NCBI RefSeq assembly: GCF_036321535.1 | Contig: NC_087436.1 | Location: 108,750,001-108,814,000, forward strand | Reading direction: 5' to 3' | Length of the DNA: 64,000 bases | Source: Camelus dromedarius | Lineage: Eukaryota | Program-made: the position numbers and the translations under genes | Notes under the pieces: model-generated | The model's input: the letters and a program-made list of their open reading frames with translations, nothing else | The model's database searches: none | Told to the model about the DNA's origin: nothing | Shown: positions 13,951 through 26,371 of the stretch, one piece after another | Position numbering within the stretch: the first letter of the stretch is position 1 | How the letters are laid out: each line of letters opens with the position of its first letter

Positions 13951-16900
13951 TCTCAACCTGATAAGATTGTATAAAGATAGAAATGAAAGCATTTAAAGTT
14001 GAGAAGTACTACACTATGAAATTATTATTAATGTTATTGTACAAATCTTAAAAATATCAAACATCTTAGCCTGGACATACAATGACAAATGCTTTTTTTT
14101 AGTCTCTATTTATAGGACTGTCAGGGGGACAATTGACAGACTATTTAGCCCACCAGAATTAAAATATCTTACACAACAAGTGGCTTTAAAACTGAATAAC
14201 TTTGGTAAAATAGAAAAATCAAAGTGGCTTCTCTCTCATTTCTCTTGAAAATTGCATATAATTGCATACAGTTTGATATTATAAATTTCAGTGTGTGAAA
14301 ATTACATTCTTAATTAATTTAATTAGTTAAGAATGGCATAGTAATGCTGTAATTTTCATTTTTATAATTCCTTTATTTGAAATGCCTAAAGCCATTTAAT
14401 AAACATTTCGGTGATAGAAAAAGGTAGAGACCAGTTCCTCTTCAGACGTTAAAGCAAGGTCCTTGAAAGTGGAGAAGATCTTTTTACATAGAGTGATGTG
14501 AAAGCCTGAAACCGGTTTCTGAGGCCGGTTTTAATATTGTGCAGTTAACAACTGAATTAAAGTTTGGTGATAGAGGAAGGCAGTCAGAGATAATGATAAT
14601 ACTTTAAAAAGAAAACATTTATTAAACTAAGTGCTTTCTCACTTGACCTTCAAAATAACACTCCTATTTGTATGAAGGTGAGAAAAGAGCAGGGACTGCT
14701 CCATGGACACTCAGCCCGGAGGCAGCAGAGCAATAGGCCACCCGTTCATTCACAGCCATCCACTGAACGCCCGCCGTGCTCTAGGTCGGGGCTGGGTAGC
14801 TGGAATGCCAATGGTGAGTACAACAGAGACCCTGCTCTGCAAGAGCTAATGTTGGTGGGTTGACGCTCAGGACTGCCTGGCTCCTTTCTCTCATAAAACA
14901 CGGAATGAGGCAGGTCAGAGTGTAAAACATGGTAGACCAGTTATCAGTATTGTTGCTACCATTGTGATCTTTTTCTCTCACATCTGCCCTGCTGTTAATC
15001 CTGATGGCCACAACTTTCTTGATCATTATCTGTAATAGAGAAAAGAACAAAGTGGATGGAAAGTAGGACCTCCCACCATTGGGCCTTTACCCCGGATGTC
15101 TGAGCACCTCTGTGCGTTTGTGCCTTGGCAGAAGAGAGCTTTAGCCTGCAGTACCTGGGCTCCAGATCAGATCTTACTTATACTTGGCTTACTTGCCATG
15201 GACCCTTTTTCTTACAGATTCAGTTTTCCCAACTCTTTAGACTTCCCTTGTGGGTTTTTGGGTTGAGTCTAGGCTTAATTATATAACCCCTGATTTTGAC
15301 GTAGGATGCATTCTTGGGTATAATTGTGGAAGATGGGTTGACTTTAGGGCGGTGATCTGTTGAGCATAGCACTCCTAAATTTCTTTGCTGGACATTGTGA
15401 GCTTCCTCATGCCTGATAGAAGGCAAAGATGGCTAAGAGAGTGCCTCCTCCAATGCTAAACCGTGACATCTCAAGGAGGAAGAGCCAAGTCAGTGAAAGG
15501 GAGAAGAGAAGAAAGAGAAGGAGTCAAGGTGAGACCACCGTGGCTAGTCTGCAGGCTCCGAGGGGACAGAGAACATGGCTGTCTTATGTGCTGCTGAATT
15601 CCCAGGACCTCGCACAACACCTGGAATACAGTAGAAATCCAGTAAATGTACTGAAAAACTAGGGCAGGGTAGTGAGGCCCATGATGGGTTCAGGATTATA
15701 GTGTGATTTTCATGTTCTCAGAGGAAATACTATAAAAATGGCTCCCCCAAAAAATTAAAGAAAGAGAAAGAAGGGTAGACTTGGTTCAGCATCAGTCCAG
15801 GCTGTGCACAGCTTGAGCTAATGCTGTATCAGGTACCCATTAATCCTTTTCATACCAGAGAAACCAATTAGTCCTAAGTATGTGGAGCGTTCTTCATCTG
15901 TACCTAGAGGAGACTATGTAGACTTACAGTGCAAAATAGATGTTGCCCAGTTTTCCAGTAGAGAGGCTGTGATGCCCTGGAATATTTCACAGAGGAAGCC
16001 TCTGTCAGATCAGCACGCCTCTGTCTGACAGCGGAGCAGAGGAGCAGGCAACAGCAGAGATGAGCTTGTGTAACATCCCTTTCAGTTCATCCAAAAATAA
16101 ATAATTCACAAAGAAGAAAACACGCACCACAAGTGTCTCCATGCTTTTGCCTTTAATAATGCCTGAGAACTTTTTTCGAAAGAAGGAAAACTAAAAAATG
16201 TCTTATTGCAGAAAATATCTATGTCATGTGAGAATTATCCCCAATCGGAAGGACAGGCCACATTGGTTATGTTAAGACAAAAGGGCTCCAACCTGATCGT
16301 CTTTACCACATATCTATAGTTTATTAGATTTTACTCAAATGAATTGGCTGGCTAAAACAGATTTCCAAGGAAGAATTGCACTTTAACTGTGTTCCTCCCC
16401 ACCCCCTTTCAGTTTTATTATGTAGAATTATTACAGTTTGACTGCACATACACATGATATTCCATGTAAATACATATCTACAGTATACTGCACATTTTTT
16501 TAATTTTCATATATGTACAGATTATTGTTTCTAAGAACAGATTAGATCTTCAGCTTTTTAAACTTACATAGTTATCAAAGGAATAAAGCCAACTACAATA
16601 TAAGAATCAACAGAATGTGGTAATCCAATCATAAAGGACAGTCAATACGCTTACACAAATTCAAGAAATCAAAATAATAATTAGCTCATTTATTTGTTTT
16701 CTTGAAGGAGAGTATTTATACTTTGTGTAAGATTATTTGAATTCAGATTATTTGATCTGTTGAGCAGAGCATTCCCAAATTTCTTCATCAGACATTGCAA
16801 ATTTTCTTGTACCTAAAAAAAGACAAAGATGGACTTCTACATTAATTCATTTTTTATGCAACCATCAAATATTTCTGAGATCTTACAACTACATGTACTA

Positions 16901-17568
16901 TGCTAGATACTCAGGGGGAAAAAAAAAACCAAAACATGGTTTCTGCCCTCCAGGAACAACTAGTCTGGGAAAGGAGATGCCCAAATAGACAAATATTGGT
17001 GTATTCTGAGAAAAAATCTCTGTCTGGCTCCTGGAAGAGAATGATTATAAGATTGTCTTCATTCCTGGAGGCTGCAGATAAAGCATGTAGAATTAATGTT
17101 CTGAAACATTTTTGGTGATTTCAAATGAAAGCTAGTGTTCCTCCCTACAAACTTTCCACCTAGGAATCTTCTTGTGTCACTCAAGTGGTTGGAAGATTGG
17201 TATCCAATGTTAGGTTATTATCTGTAGAATTTCTAGTACTTTATAAACTTTAAAATAATATTTAAAAAAAAAATTCTTCTGTCATCACCATCAACAGCAG
17301 CAATCATATTTACTTAGCATCTACTATATACCAGGCATTGTGCTTGATATTTTCCAAGTACTGTCTCAAATTGTCACAACAGACCTACAAAACGGGCATT
17401 CTTCTTGGCTGAAAAACTAACACTGAGAGAGATTATGTATCTATCTTCTCTAAAGTCATGTACCTGAAACGTATCAGTTCCAACTTAGAATGTGCCCACT
17501 CTCCACTGGACCCTCCTGCCTTTCCAGAACCTTTACGAGACTAGTCAGACCCCTCACTAACCCTCAAG

Positions 17569-17999
17569 TGTTCTCTGTTAGTCTGCCACGGTGTATAACA
17601 AAGTACTGCAGACTGGGTGGCTTAAACAACAGAAATTTATTGTCACAGTTCCAGAGGCTGGAAGTCCAAGATCAAGGTGTCAGCAAGCTTAGTTCCTTCT
17701 GAGGACTGTGAGGGAAGGACCTGTTCCAGGCCTTCCTCACTGAGTTATTGGTAGACATTTTCTCTCCATCTGTCTACATCATCCTCCCTCTATGCGGGAC
17801 TCTGTGTCTGAATGTCTCCTTTTTATCAGGACACCAGTCATACTGGATTAGGACCCACCCTAATGACCTCACTTTAACTTGCTTACCTCTGGAAAGGCTC
17901 TATCTCCAAATAAGGTCACTCTCTGAGCTACTGGAGGTCAGGACTTTAACATCTGAACCTAGGAGGGCACGGGGAGTGGACACGATTTAGCCCATAACA
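17569..17999 (-). mobile_element. MaLR solo LTR (MLT1B-like)
   Basis: gactgggtggcttaaacaacagaaatttattgtcacagttccagaggctggaagtccaagatcaaggtg; ends tttagcccataaca. Confidence 0.9.
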
Positions 18000-18704
18000 T
18001 GTGCATTCTGAAATCTAGCAACTAACATCTCTTTCTCTATCTCATCTGTCGTGGGTGCGACTATCAGAGTGAGCATTTTAAACCATATATCTAATCACAA
18101 CCTGGCTCTCTTTAAAATCTTCAAGAGTTGCTCATTGCTAGCAATTAAGGTCTAAATGACAGGCATGAGAAATAAAGGTTTCCACAATGAGGTCAGTAAG
18201 TAATTTTCCACCTTCATCTGCCATCACTCCTCTGCCGAAGACGCTATGCAAATACCTGGTAAAAGAACAGAGCTTTTAATTTTCCAGATGTTTTTGTATT
18301 TTGTCACGTTACCTGAAAATGAATTTTATAATGTGATTTTACCCACTTTTTAGAGATGAAACTAGTGAGATACAGAGAGGTAGTGCTTTGCCTGAAGTGG
18401 TTCTCCTTCCTTAAGATCATATGGTCAATTATACCAAAGACCCAGGAGGGCCTGGCATTTATCTCTATTAAAAATTTTGGCAGCATTTGTCAGTTTTTCT
18501 TTTTACCAAACAGTGACTTTCCTGCCAAACCTTCTCACCAGTGCTTGGCACAGTGCCTGGACTGTAAGAGATGTTCTATACATGTTTGTTGAATTAAAAT
18601 AAGTCAAATGTTCTAACAACCAAATCCTAAGATATTTTGTAACAACACAGATTCAGATGTTGTCATCTAAATGTCTGGGTATAATTGGAGAGACAGATCT
18701 TTTT

Positions 18705-19170
18705 TGATTCATTCATTTGTTGCCAGACACTGTCCCAAGTGTTAACAGAGTAATAAGACCCCACAGCATGCCCTCTCTTGGAGCTCATATTCCAGTGGGG
18801 GAGAGACTTAAATAAGTAAGCCAAAGAAAAGCATAATTTTAGATAGAAATAAGTGCTATGAAGAAAGCAAGCCAGGGCAATATAATAAAGAAGGAGGCAT
18901 TCTTCTGGAGCAGTGCAGCTCTATAAAGGTACCCAGTAAGGCCACTTTAAGAAAGGGGGGCATGAATAGAAAGAAGAAAACCAGAGATAGAAGAGCAGGT
19001 GCAATGCCCTGTGTCAGGAGGGTAGATAAAGCATCCAATAGCTTAAAAGAATACCAGGAAGACCAGTATATCAGAGAAGGAGGTACTGCCACAGGAGAAC
19101 CTTTAACAATAAACGGAGCTTGTGACTATTATCTTGAGAGCGATTGGAAGCCACTAAAAGAGTTAGACTG
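18705..19170 (-). mobile_element. L2 3' fragment
   Basis: attcattcatt…tgccagacactgtcc…ggagctcatattccagtggggg…aagtgctatgaagaaa…tggaagccact. Confidence 0.65.
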
Positions 19171-19305
19171 AATCTGGGGTGAGGGTGGAACTGAATTAGA
19201 TTTGTGTTCCAAACAAAATCTACTCATCCCTGAGAGGTCATCAGAGGCTGTCCTTAGATCCTTTTCCCAGCATCCCAATCCTGATTCACTTCTTTCTTAT
19301 TCATT

Positions 19306-19388
19306 CTCAGAAACTCAGTTTCTTTTCTTTCAGGACACTGTCTCACTGCTCAGAAACAGTTTCTTTTCTTTCAGGACACTGTCTCACT
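19306..19388. repeat. Tandem duplication, two copies of a ~41-bp unit
   Basis: Exact 32-mer cagtttcttttctttcaggacactgtctcact at 19316-19347 and 19357-19388. Confidence 0.95.
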
Positions 19389-21999
19389 TGTGTTATAGAA
19401 ACATTAACGTGAATAAGTCACCCACTCCTACTCAATGGGGAGCTTGATGAGGGCAGGACCAGGTCTGGCCTTGGCTCACCACTGCTTTCTGGGCGAGGCA
19501 CAGTCGGGTACAGAAGATGCTTGATGGACATTTATTAAGACAGTGAGGAGACACTTAAATAATTACATCATGCTCTCTCTAGAGAAAAGAGTAGGGGCGA
19601 GAGTTCTGCAACAAATATAAATCATAAATATAAAATTGTCAATGATAGAAGAACAACCACCACCAAAAAAAAGGTGGGGGAGAAAGAGAAGGGAAGAGAA
19701 AAGGGAAGAGAAGGTTGACTGAGGTTAAACAAAAACAGTGTAGCTTAGGACCTCAGAGAAACATCATATCAGAGATAATTAGGAAGAGGTTGGTCCACTA
19801 TGGAGCTGGCTTAACTGCTGCTGCAGGACAGTTAAGGTTCAAAACAAATGGCCCTGAAAGCCAATCAGCCATCATTTCTGTGAGAAAGACTCTGCTCCAG
19901 GGAGCAAGGGAGCAGAAAGAAATTTTGAACTAGATTTCCATTTAGCTAACATAAGCTGCATCCAGAACATGCTGTGATTATAAGTAATAATCTTTCTGAT
20001 TTTTTGAGTGGATGCTAAGGGCTACCAATTAAAATGAATGTCTAAAATCTCTGGAACTCATCCGTTCATGGAAAATTCATTTTCCCTTCCCGCTGTTCCT
20101 CTCTGCTGTTTTGTCACACTCCCAGGCTGCACGTGGAGACCACATACATATTTTCTATTAGTGAGTAAATCTACAGAAATCTTCATGAGAGAAATAGGCA
20201 ATTTCACTACTATTTTATGGGATGAACCAAGTGTATCATGACAACCACAAAAAGGTAAATATTTCTAGAAAGCCACTCTAGGGTCACGTAGACAGGAAAT
20301 GTTAGTATGCATCAGAGAAGAGAGCTCTTTGGGTCAGGAATTGTCAAGAGAGGCCTGAGGGGGTGAAGAGGACATCTTATGAGAGGTGATTCTGAGCCAA
20401 GGCGGGAAGAGCTGACTGTACTGTGACCACAGAGCAAACTGATGGATGGTTGGGCTGGGGAGACACTGAAAAGTGAACCCATTTATCCTTTCCTCTAACC
20501 TTTCTCCCTCAGGAATGAACTCAGGAATATATATTTTGGGGCATAACAAAATTTTTTCACCTTATCCAGCCATATGACAGAAGAATCCAAAAAGGGAAAC
20601 TTATAAATTCAGTTTGAAAAGGCTTTTCAACTCCAACATGCCCAGAGGGAATAATTTTTTCTTTGGCATTAAAGAAACCTTCAGTCTTGCTCATCTCTTG
20701 GAATGTTAAACTGAGGGAAAACACTTTATCATGCTTCTGCTGAAAGACAAGAGTAGAGTGGTGTTGGCAGTGACAAGTCTGTGCTAAATATCGCATCTGA
20801 AATCATAAAATAATTACTTCATCACCAGCTAGTAGATTAAGTACTATTCTTTTTCAAACCCATTATATGTTTGTGTGTGTACACTTATATACATATAAAT
20901 GTATGCATCTATTTTATTTTTTTGTTCTACAGTAGACAACATCAAATCCTTTACTGAACAAAAAAGAGAATTTATTGTTTTCCAGACTGGCTTGAAGCTA
21001 ATTTTAATGGAATGCTATTTCAGAAAAAAAACTACTCCTATATACATATTTTCTCCATTTTGCAAAAAGAAGAATTAACTTGTATCAATTGATATATATT
21101 AATATGCTGCCTGTAAAGCATACATAAATAAAGCTTTATCCTTTTGCTCTTTTGCCCACTCTGAAAATATGTACCACATGGCAGATATCTTCATGGTTTT
21201 AATTTTCTTTCTGGAACTCATCCTTCCTAAAAATTAGTAATGAACCATTTTCTTATCTTGCTTTGCACTCCTGCTGAGTAGAGCTGAGGATGAACTTCAG
21301 AAAGCACTGCTTATGGCTCGGTTGCAAGGGCTGATGTATAGGACAAGCAACTGAACTCATTTGAGTATAATATTTTTTGTTCCCTGGGGTAGATGAGAGA
21401 AATATTCATGTAGAGAATAAACAACATTTGCTAGCACTTTAAAAAGTCTATATCATGTTGGAAGATTATAAACTGATGAGTAGAGTAGTCATCTGGAGGG
21501 AGAAGACTCCTGGATGGGGAATACAAGCTACCACAGAACTAATTTTTTCTTCTTAGACTCTCTCCAGAATGTGTAAGCAGTCTCTCAGGGAACCCAGGAC
21601 TTCTCAGGGAATTATTATCTCTCAGAGCTTTCTCTTAATTCCCAAAGACTCTAGTAAAGAGGCAGGTTTCTTTCTTTCTGTGGTCGAATAGGCAAACACA
21701 GTTTTTAGAAGAAGCAGATTAAAATACGCCTAGTACATCATCCAACTAACTAGGCTGGCCACCGTCTTGACGATTTTTATCCTATTTGGCCAAAGATATT
21801 GTTACCAGACTGCATTTGACCTGTTGACTCTGAAGAGGCATGGTGTGACTCCAAATAGACCAGAAAACCAGTTACTGGGAAACAAGAAATATCTAAGTGT
21901 CTACAGTGATACAGAGTTGGGTAAAATGTTGAAGAGACATCACCACTACTAATAATCACAATAAAAATAACAGATATAATATAACAATTGCTTTAATAT

Positions 22000-22146
22000 T
22001 AATAGTAAATTTATTACTTATTGAATGCCTGGTACTGCTACAAGTGTTTTGCAATGTAATTCAGATAATCGTTTCAATAACCTTATGAGCTAAGTATATT
22101 ATTATCACCATTTTACAGATGAGGAAATTGAGGCTCAGTGAGATTA
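22000..22146 (-). mobile_element. MIR SINE
   Basis: MIR core attatcaccattttacagatgaggaaattgaggctcagtgagatta. Confidence 0.8.
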
Positions 22147-22229
22147 TACAGTTAGAGAAGAATTTTAAGAAATCATACAATTAGAGAAGAATTTTAAGAT
22201 ATCATACAATTAGACAAGAATTTTAAGAA
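22143..22229. repeat. Minisatellite, 3 x 29 bp
   Basis: Unit atcatacaattagagaagaattttaagaa at 22143, 22172 and 22201, with 1-2 mismatches each. Confidence 0.95.
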
Positions 22230-22361
22230 AGGCACTATCTTTTCAGCCCAATTGCTTAACCACTACACTTCATGACCTGTAATTGCAAACTGCACTTGTG
22301 TGATTGGAATTGGCCTTAGGAGTTAGAAGGTTTGCATAGAGAAGTTAGTAGCTAAGCTGAG

Positions 22362-24338
22362 TTTCTTTAATTGCGATGTAATTTCCATATCATAAATTTC
22401 ACCATTTAAAAATGTACAAAAATCAGTGGGTTTTGGTATATAGACAGGGTTGTGCAATCATCACCGCTTACTAACCCCAGAACATTTTCATCACCCCAAA
22501 ATGAAACCCAATACCCAGTAGCATTCATGCCGCCATCTCCCCTCCCCTCAGCTCCTGTTAGCAATTAACCTACTTTCTGTCTATACATTTGTCTATTCTG
22601 GATATTTCATATAAATGGAATCATACAATTATGTGGCATTTTGTGTCCGGCTTCTTTCACATAGTATGATATTTTCAAGATTCATTCATGCTGTTTCATG
22701 TAGCTCTGTTTTATTCTTTCTTATGGCTGAATAATATCCCATTGAATGAATATACTACATTTTGTTTACCCATTTATTATTTGTATTCATTAACTGATTC
22801 CACTTTTTGGCAATTGTGAATAATGCTGCTTGGAACATTTGTGTACAAATTTTTTGTGTAAACATACGTTTTCAATTCTCTTGGAATATATACCTAGGGT
22901 TGGAATTGCTGGGCCATTTGGTAATTCTGTGTTTAACTTTTTGAGGAATTTCTAAACTGTTTTCCAAATTTGCTTCACCATTCTACATTCCCACCAGCAG
23001 GAAGAAGTGTTCAAATAACTCCACGTCTTCTCCAACAATCATTACTGTCCACCTTTTTGATTATAGCCATCCTCGTAGGTATAAAATGGCATATCATTAT
23101 GGTTTTTATTTGGATTTCCCTAAAAACTAAAGATTTAAGCATCTTTTTCATGTGTGTAGTGGCCATTATGTATCTTCTTTGGGCAAACGTTTATTGAAAT
23201 CCCTTTCCAATTTTAGAAATTAGGCTTTTTAAAAAAATTTTATTATTTAGATATAGGAGTTCTTTATACATTCTGGATACTAGATCCTTACCAGATATAC
23301 AGTTTGGAAAAATATTCTCTCATTCTGTGGGGGGGGGTTTTTCCACTTTTTTATGATTGTATCTTTAGAAACACAAAAGTTTTTAGTTTTGATGGTGTTC
23401 AATTTATTTATTTTTTGTTTGGTTGCCTGTGCTTAGGTGTTGCATGTAAGACACCTAATTCAAGTTCAGGAAGATTTATAGCTATGCTTTCTTCTAAAAA
23501 TTTTATCATTTTAGCTCTGACATTTATGTTTCTGACCAATTTTGAGTTAATTTTTACATATGATATGAGTCATGTACCCAAGTTTATTCTTTAATAATAT
23601 GGGTATCCATTTGTCCCAGGACCATTTATTGAAAAGATTGTTCTTTCCCCATTGAATTGTCTTGGCAACCTTGTAAACAAAGGGAAAAGTTGAACATAAA
23701 TGTATAGGTTTACTTCTGGACTCTCCTGTTTCCTTTACCTATATGTCTGTCCTCAGGCCAGCACCATACAGCCTTGATTTATATAACTTAACAAAGTTTT
23801 GAGTCAAGAAATGTATCTTCCAAATTTTTTTCAAGATTTCTGGTAGGCATTCTGAGTCTCCCATATGTCCATTTGAATTATATAATTAATCTGTCAACAT
23901 CTGAAATAAAAAACAGCTGGGATTTTGATAGGGCTTGCATTGACTCTGCCAATCAGTTTGGAGTCATTACTATCTTAAAAATATTGTTTTCCAGTCCATA
24001 AACATGGGGTATTATTTCAGTTCTTTAGGTCTTCAATTTTTTTTAACGTTTCATAGTTTTCAGTGCAAAAGTCTTACACTTTTTTTGTTAAACTCATTTC
24101 TAAGCGTGATATTCTTTTTGATTTTGTAAAAGGAATTCTTCTCTTAATTTCGTTTTGATTTGTCCATTGCCACTCCAGAGAAATACAATTGGATTTTGTA
24201 TGTTGATCTTATATACTGTGACCTTGCTGAACTCATTTATTAACTCTGGTTTTTTTGGTGGATTCCTTTGGATTTTCTATATACAAGATCATGTCATCTG
24301 AAAATAGACAGTTTTACTTCTTCCTTCCCAGAATGGAT
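22362..24338 (-). mobile_element. ~2 kb 5'-truncated old L1 (L1MB-like 3' UTR plus decayed ORF2)
   Basis: Antisense L1 motifs gttgtgcaatcatcacc, ccagaacattttcatcaccccaaaa, tggaattgctgggccatttggtaattctgtgtttaactttttgagg, aagatcatgtcatctg. Flanks share ctgagttt (degenerate TSD). Confidence 0.9.
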
Positions 24339-26275
24339 TAGTCTGAGTTTTGAAATCTATGTAGGACTTTACCTGGAGGGTAGGCAGAGGGGTGATGCTA
24401 ATTACAGTCCCCAAATATAAAATATTCTGCCTTCTTGTAACCATAGTGCTAACTATGAAGGCTCATTTTGAACAAGTGTTTGGCAGTGGATGAGACTTAA
24501 TAAGTAACCACGGGGCAGAACTGGGGAGGCCTTTGTTACCAAGAAGAGGGGTACTAAGGAGGCACTGATGCATTGTGATCTGGGTTAGAAACTGCTCAGA
24601 TTATTGCTTCAGAAAATTCAATCTGGTGTCTACCTGGACAGTTAATTGAAAGCAAAAGCTCTCTATAATGATTCCATTTTCTGGCTTCTGCAACTAGGCA
24701 GGTAATAGAGTCATTCACAAATCTCTTTGGTAGACTTATAAACTTGTTTATAAATACTGGAAACTAAAAGAATGTTAGAATTTATTTTCTAAGTCAAAGA
24801 AGACTGCGAATCCAATACACGAAGGCCGTTTCTACACTGATTTATTTTTAATAGAGAGAAAGAAAAATCTTAGGAGCAAAGCCACAGTTAATCACTGCCA
24901 GCCTAGGTCATTAAGACGTCAGGGGGATGGCAGAACAGTGTGATTCAACCTCACTGCACTCATCTTTTAAAATGAGTCATGGGATCAGAAAGCACTGAAG
25001 TTATGAACTATTACCAGAAATTTATCACTCTCCTCTCCTTTGTACCTAATCTTTTAAAACTAATTAAACCCACTTCAAAGCAGCAGGCATAATAAAATAA
25101 ATAAAGTCACCCTATTTCTGCTCATGCTCTGAGAGTTCCCTCTATTCTATAAAACTTTTAAGCCAAAAGTGCACGGCCCTTGAATGATGAACCATGAAAA
25201 CTTAACACCATGAGCAGAGTTAGGGCTGTAAGCAATTAAAACTTATATTAAATGTATTTTATTGACTTAATAATAAGTAAGTATCAGACACTTATTTAAT
25301 AATATTCATAATGACCATTGTGCTGTACTGTAACCTTGGTCATAAAATGAGGTCAATTTCATCAACAAGAATAATTTGTAATTTTCAGAGTTGAACAAAG
25401 TCATTTCTTTGCTTAGTAAGAGAAAAGGAGAAATGGACAGAACACTCCTGATACAACAAATCTAGACTTCTGTTTCACTCTTTCTTGTAATCTATCTGAT
25501 GTGGCTTTCTTTTAAGTTAGAAATACAGTTTGCACTGTAATTCGTTTTTTCTTCTCTTTTTGAGTATAAGTCTCCATTATGAGATTCCCACAATATTAAG
25601 GATTCAGGCACCTCTTATTTAATTCTCTAGGAAAAAAAAATTACATTCTCAGCTAAAGTAAGAGGCAATGCTTCCCTTCATAATGATGTGCAAAGGCTGC
25701 CCCTGGGAGCTGTGTCACACTTGGAAGGGTCTGGCCCAGGCAAGAGGCTCGAGACAAGAACTGGAACAACTGTGTCTTCAGTCCCATGTCATCAGATCCC
25801 TTCCCAAGTAGAAGAGGAGGGGACTTTTACTGGAGAGATCAGATCAGAAGAGATCTTTATATTGGAATGAAGAGTTACACCATGGACAGGAAGATACTCT
25901 AGGGTTTAGTAAATCAGAGGCCGCTATTAGATGACTGAACTTCTAGAGGAAAGGAGCAGGGCGATGTCACAATATGGGAGTGGGAAAAAGAAGCAAAAAA
26001 CCTTTCTACTGAAATTTCCTTTTGATCTGCTCTACATCAGCTCTTCTTTGAGACCTAGATTATGGTAACAGTTCTTGCCAAATTTAGCACCATGTCTTAC
26101 TTTCTTAACCCTGGCATGATTTTGAAGGAGGCTGGGCAGAAAAGGAGGAGGGAGTGAATGAGGCATAGGGGGGTGGGTCAGAAAGGTGATGATGCTTGAA
26201 AGGGGCTATTTGTACATGGCCACATGCTTCTGCCAAAAGGCGTATGTGATGATCAAAAGCCCCTCCCTTCACATA

Positions 26276-26371
26276 CTACACACACACACACAATCACACA
26301 CAGGCACACAATCACACATAGACACACAATCACACATACACACATACACTCTCTCTGTTTCTCTCTCTCTC
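26276..26371. repeat. Imperfect (CA)n followed by (CT)n low-complexity tract
   Basis: Read directly from the sequence. Confidence 0.85.

Noticed and set aside
16002..16035. 8-bp stem (ctgtcaga/tctgacag) overlapping a split RE1/REST-like motif (tcagcacg…tgacagcgg)
   Set aside because: Both half-sites have mismatches at core positions and the stem is short enough to be chance.
22143..22229. CRISPR-like 29-bp repeats
   Set aside because: Units are head-to-tail with no spacers, no cas genes are present, and the context is eukaryotic.
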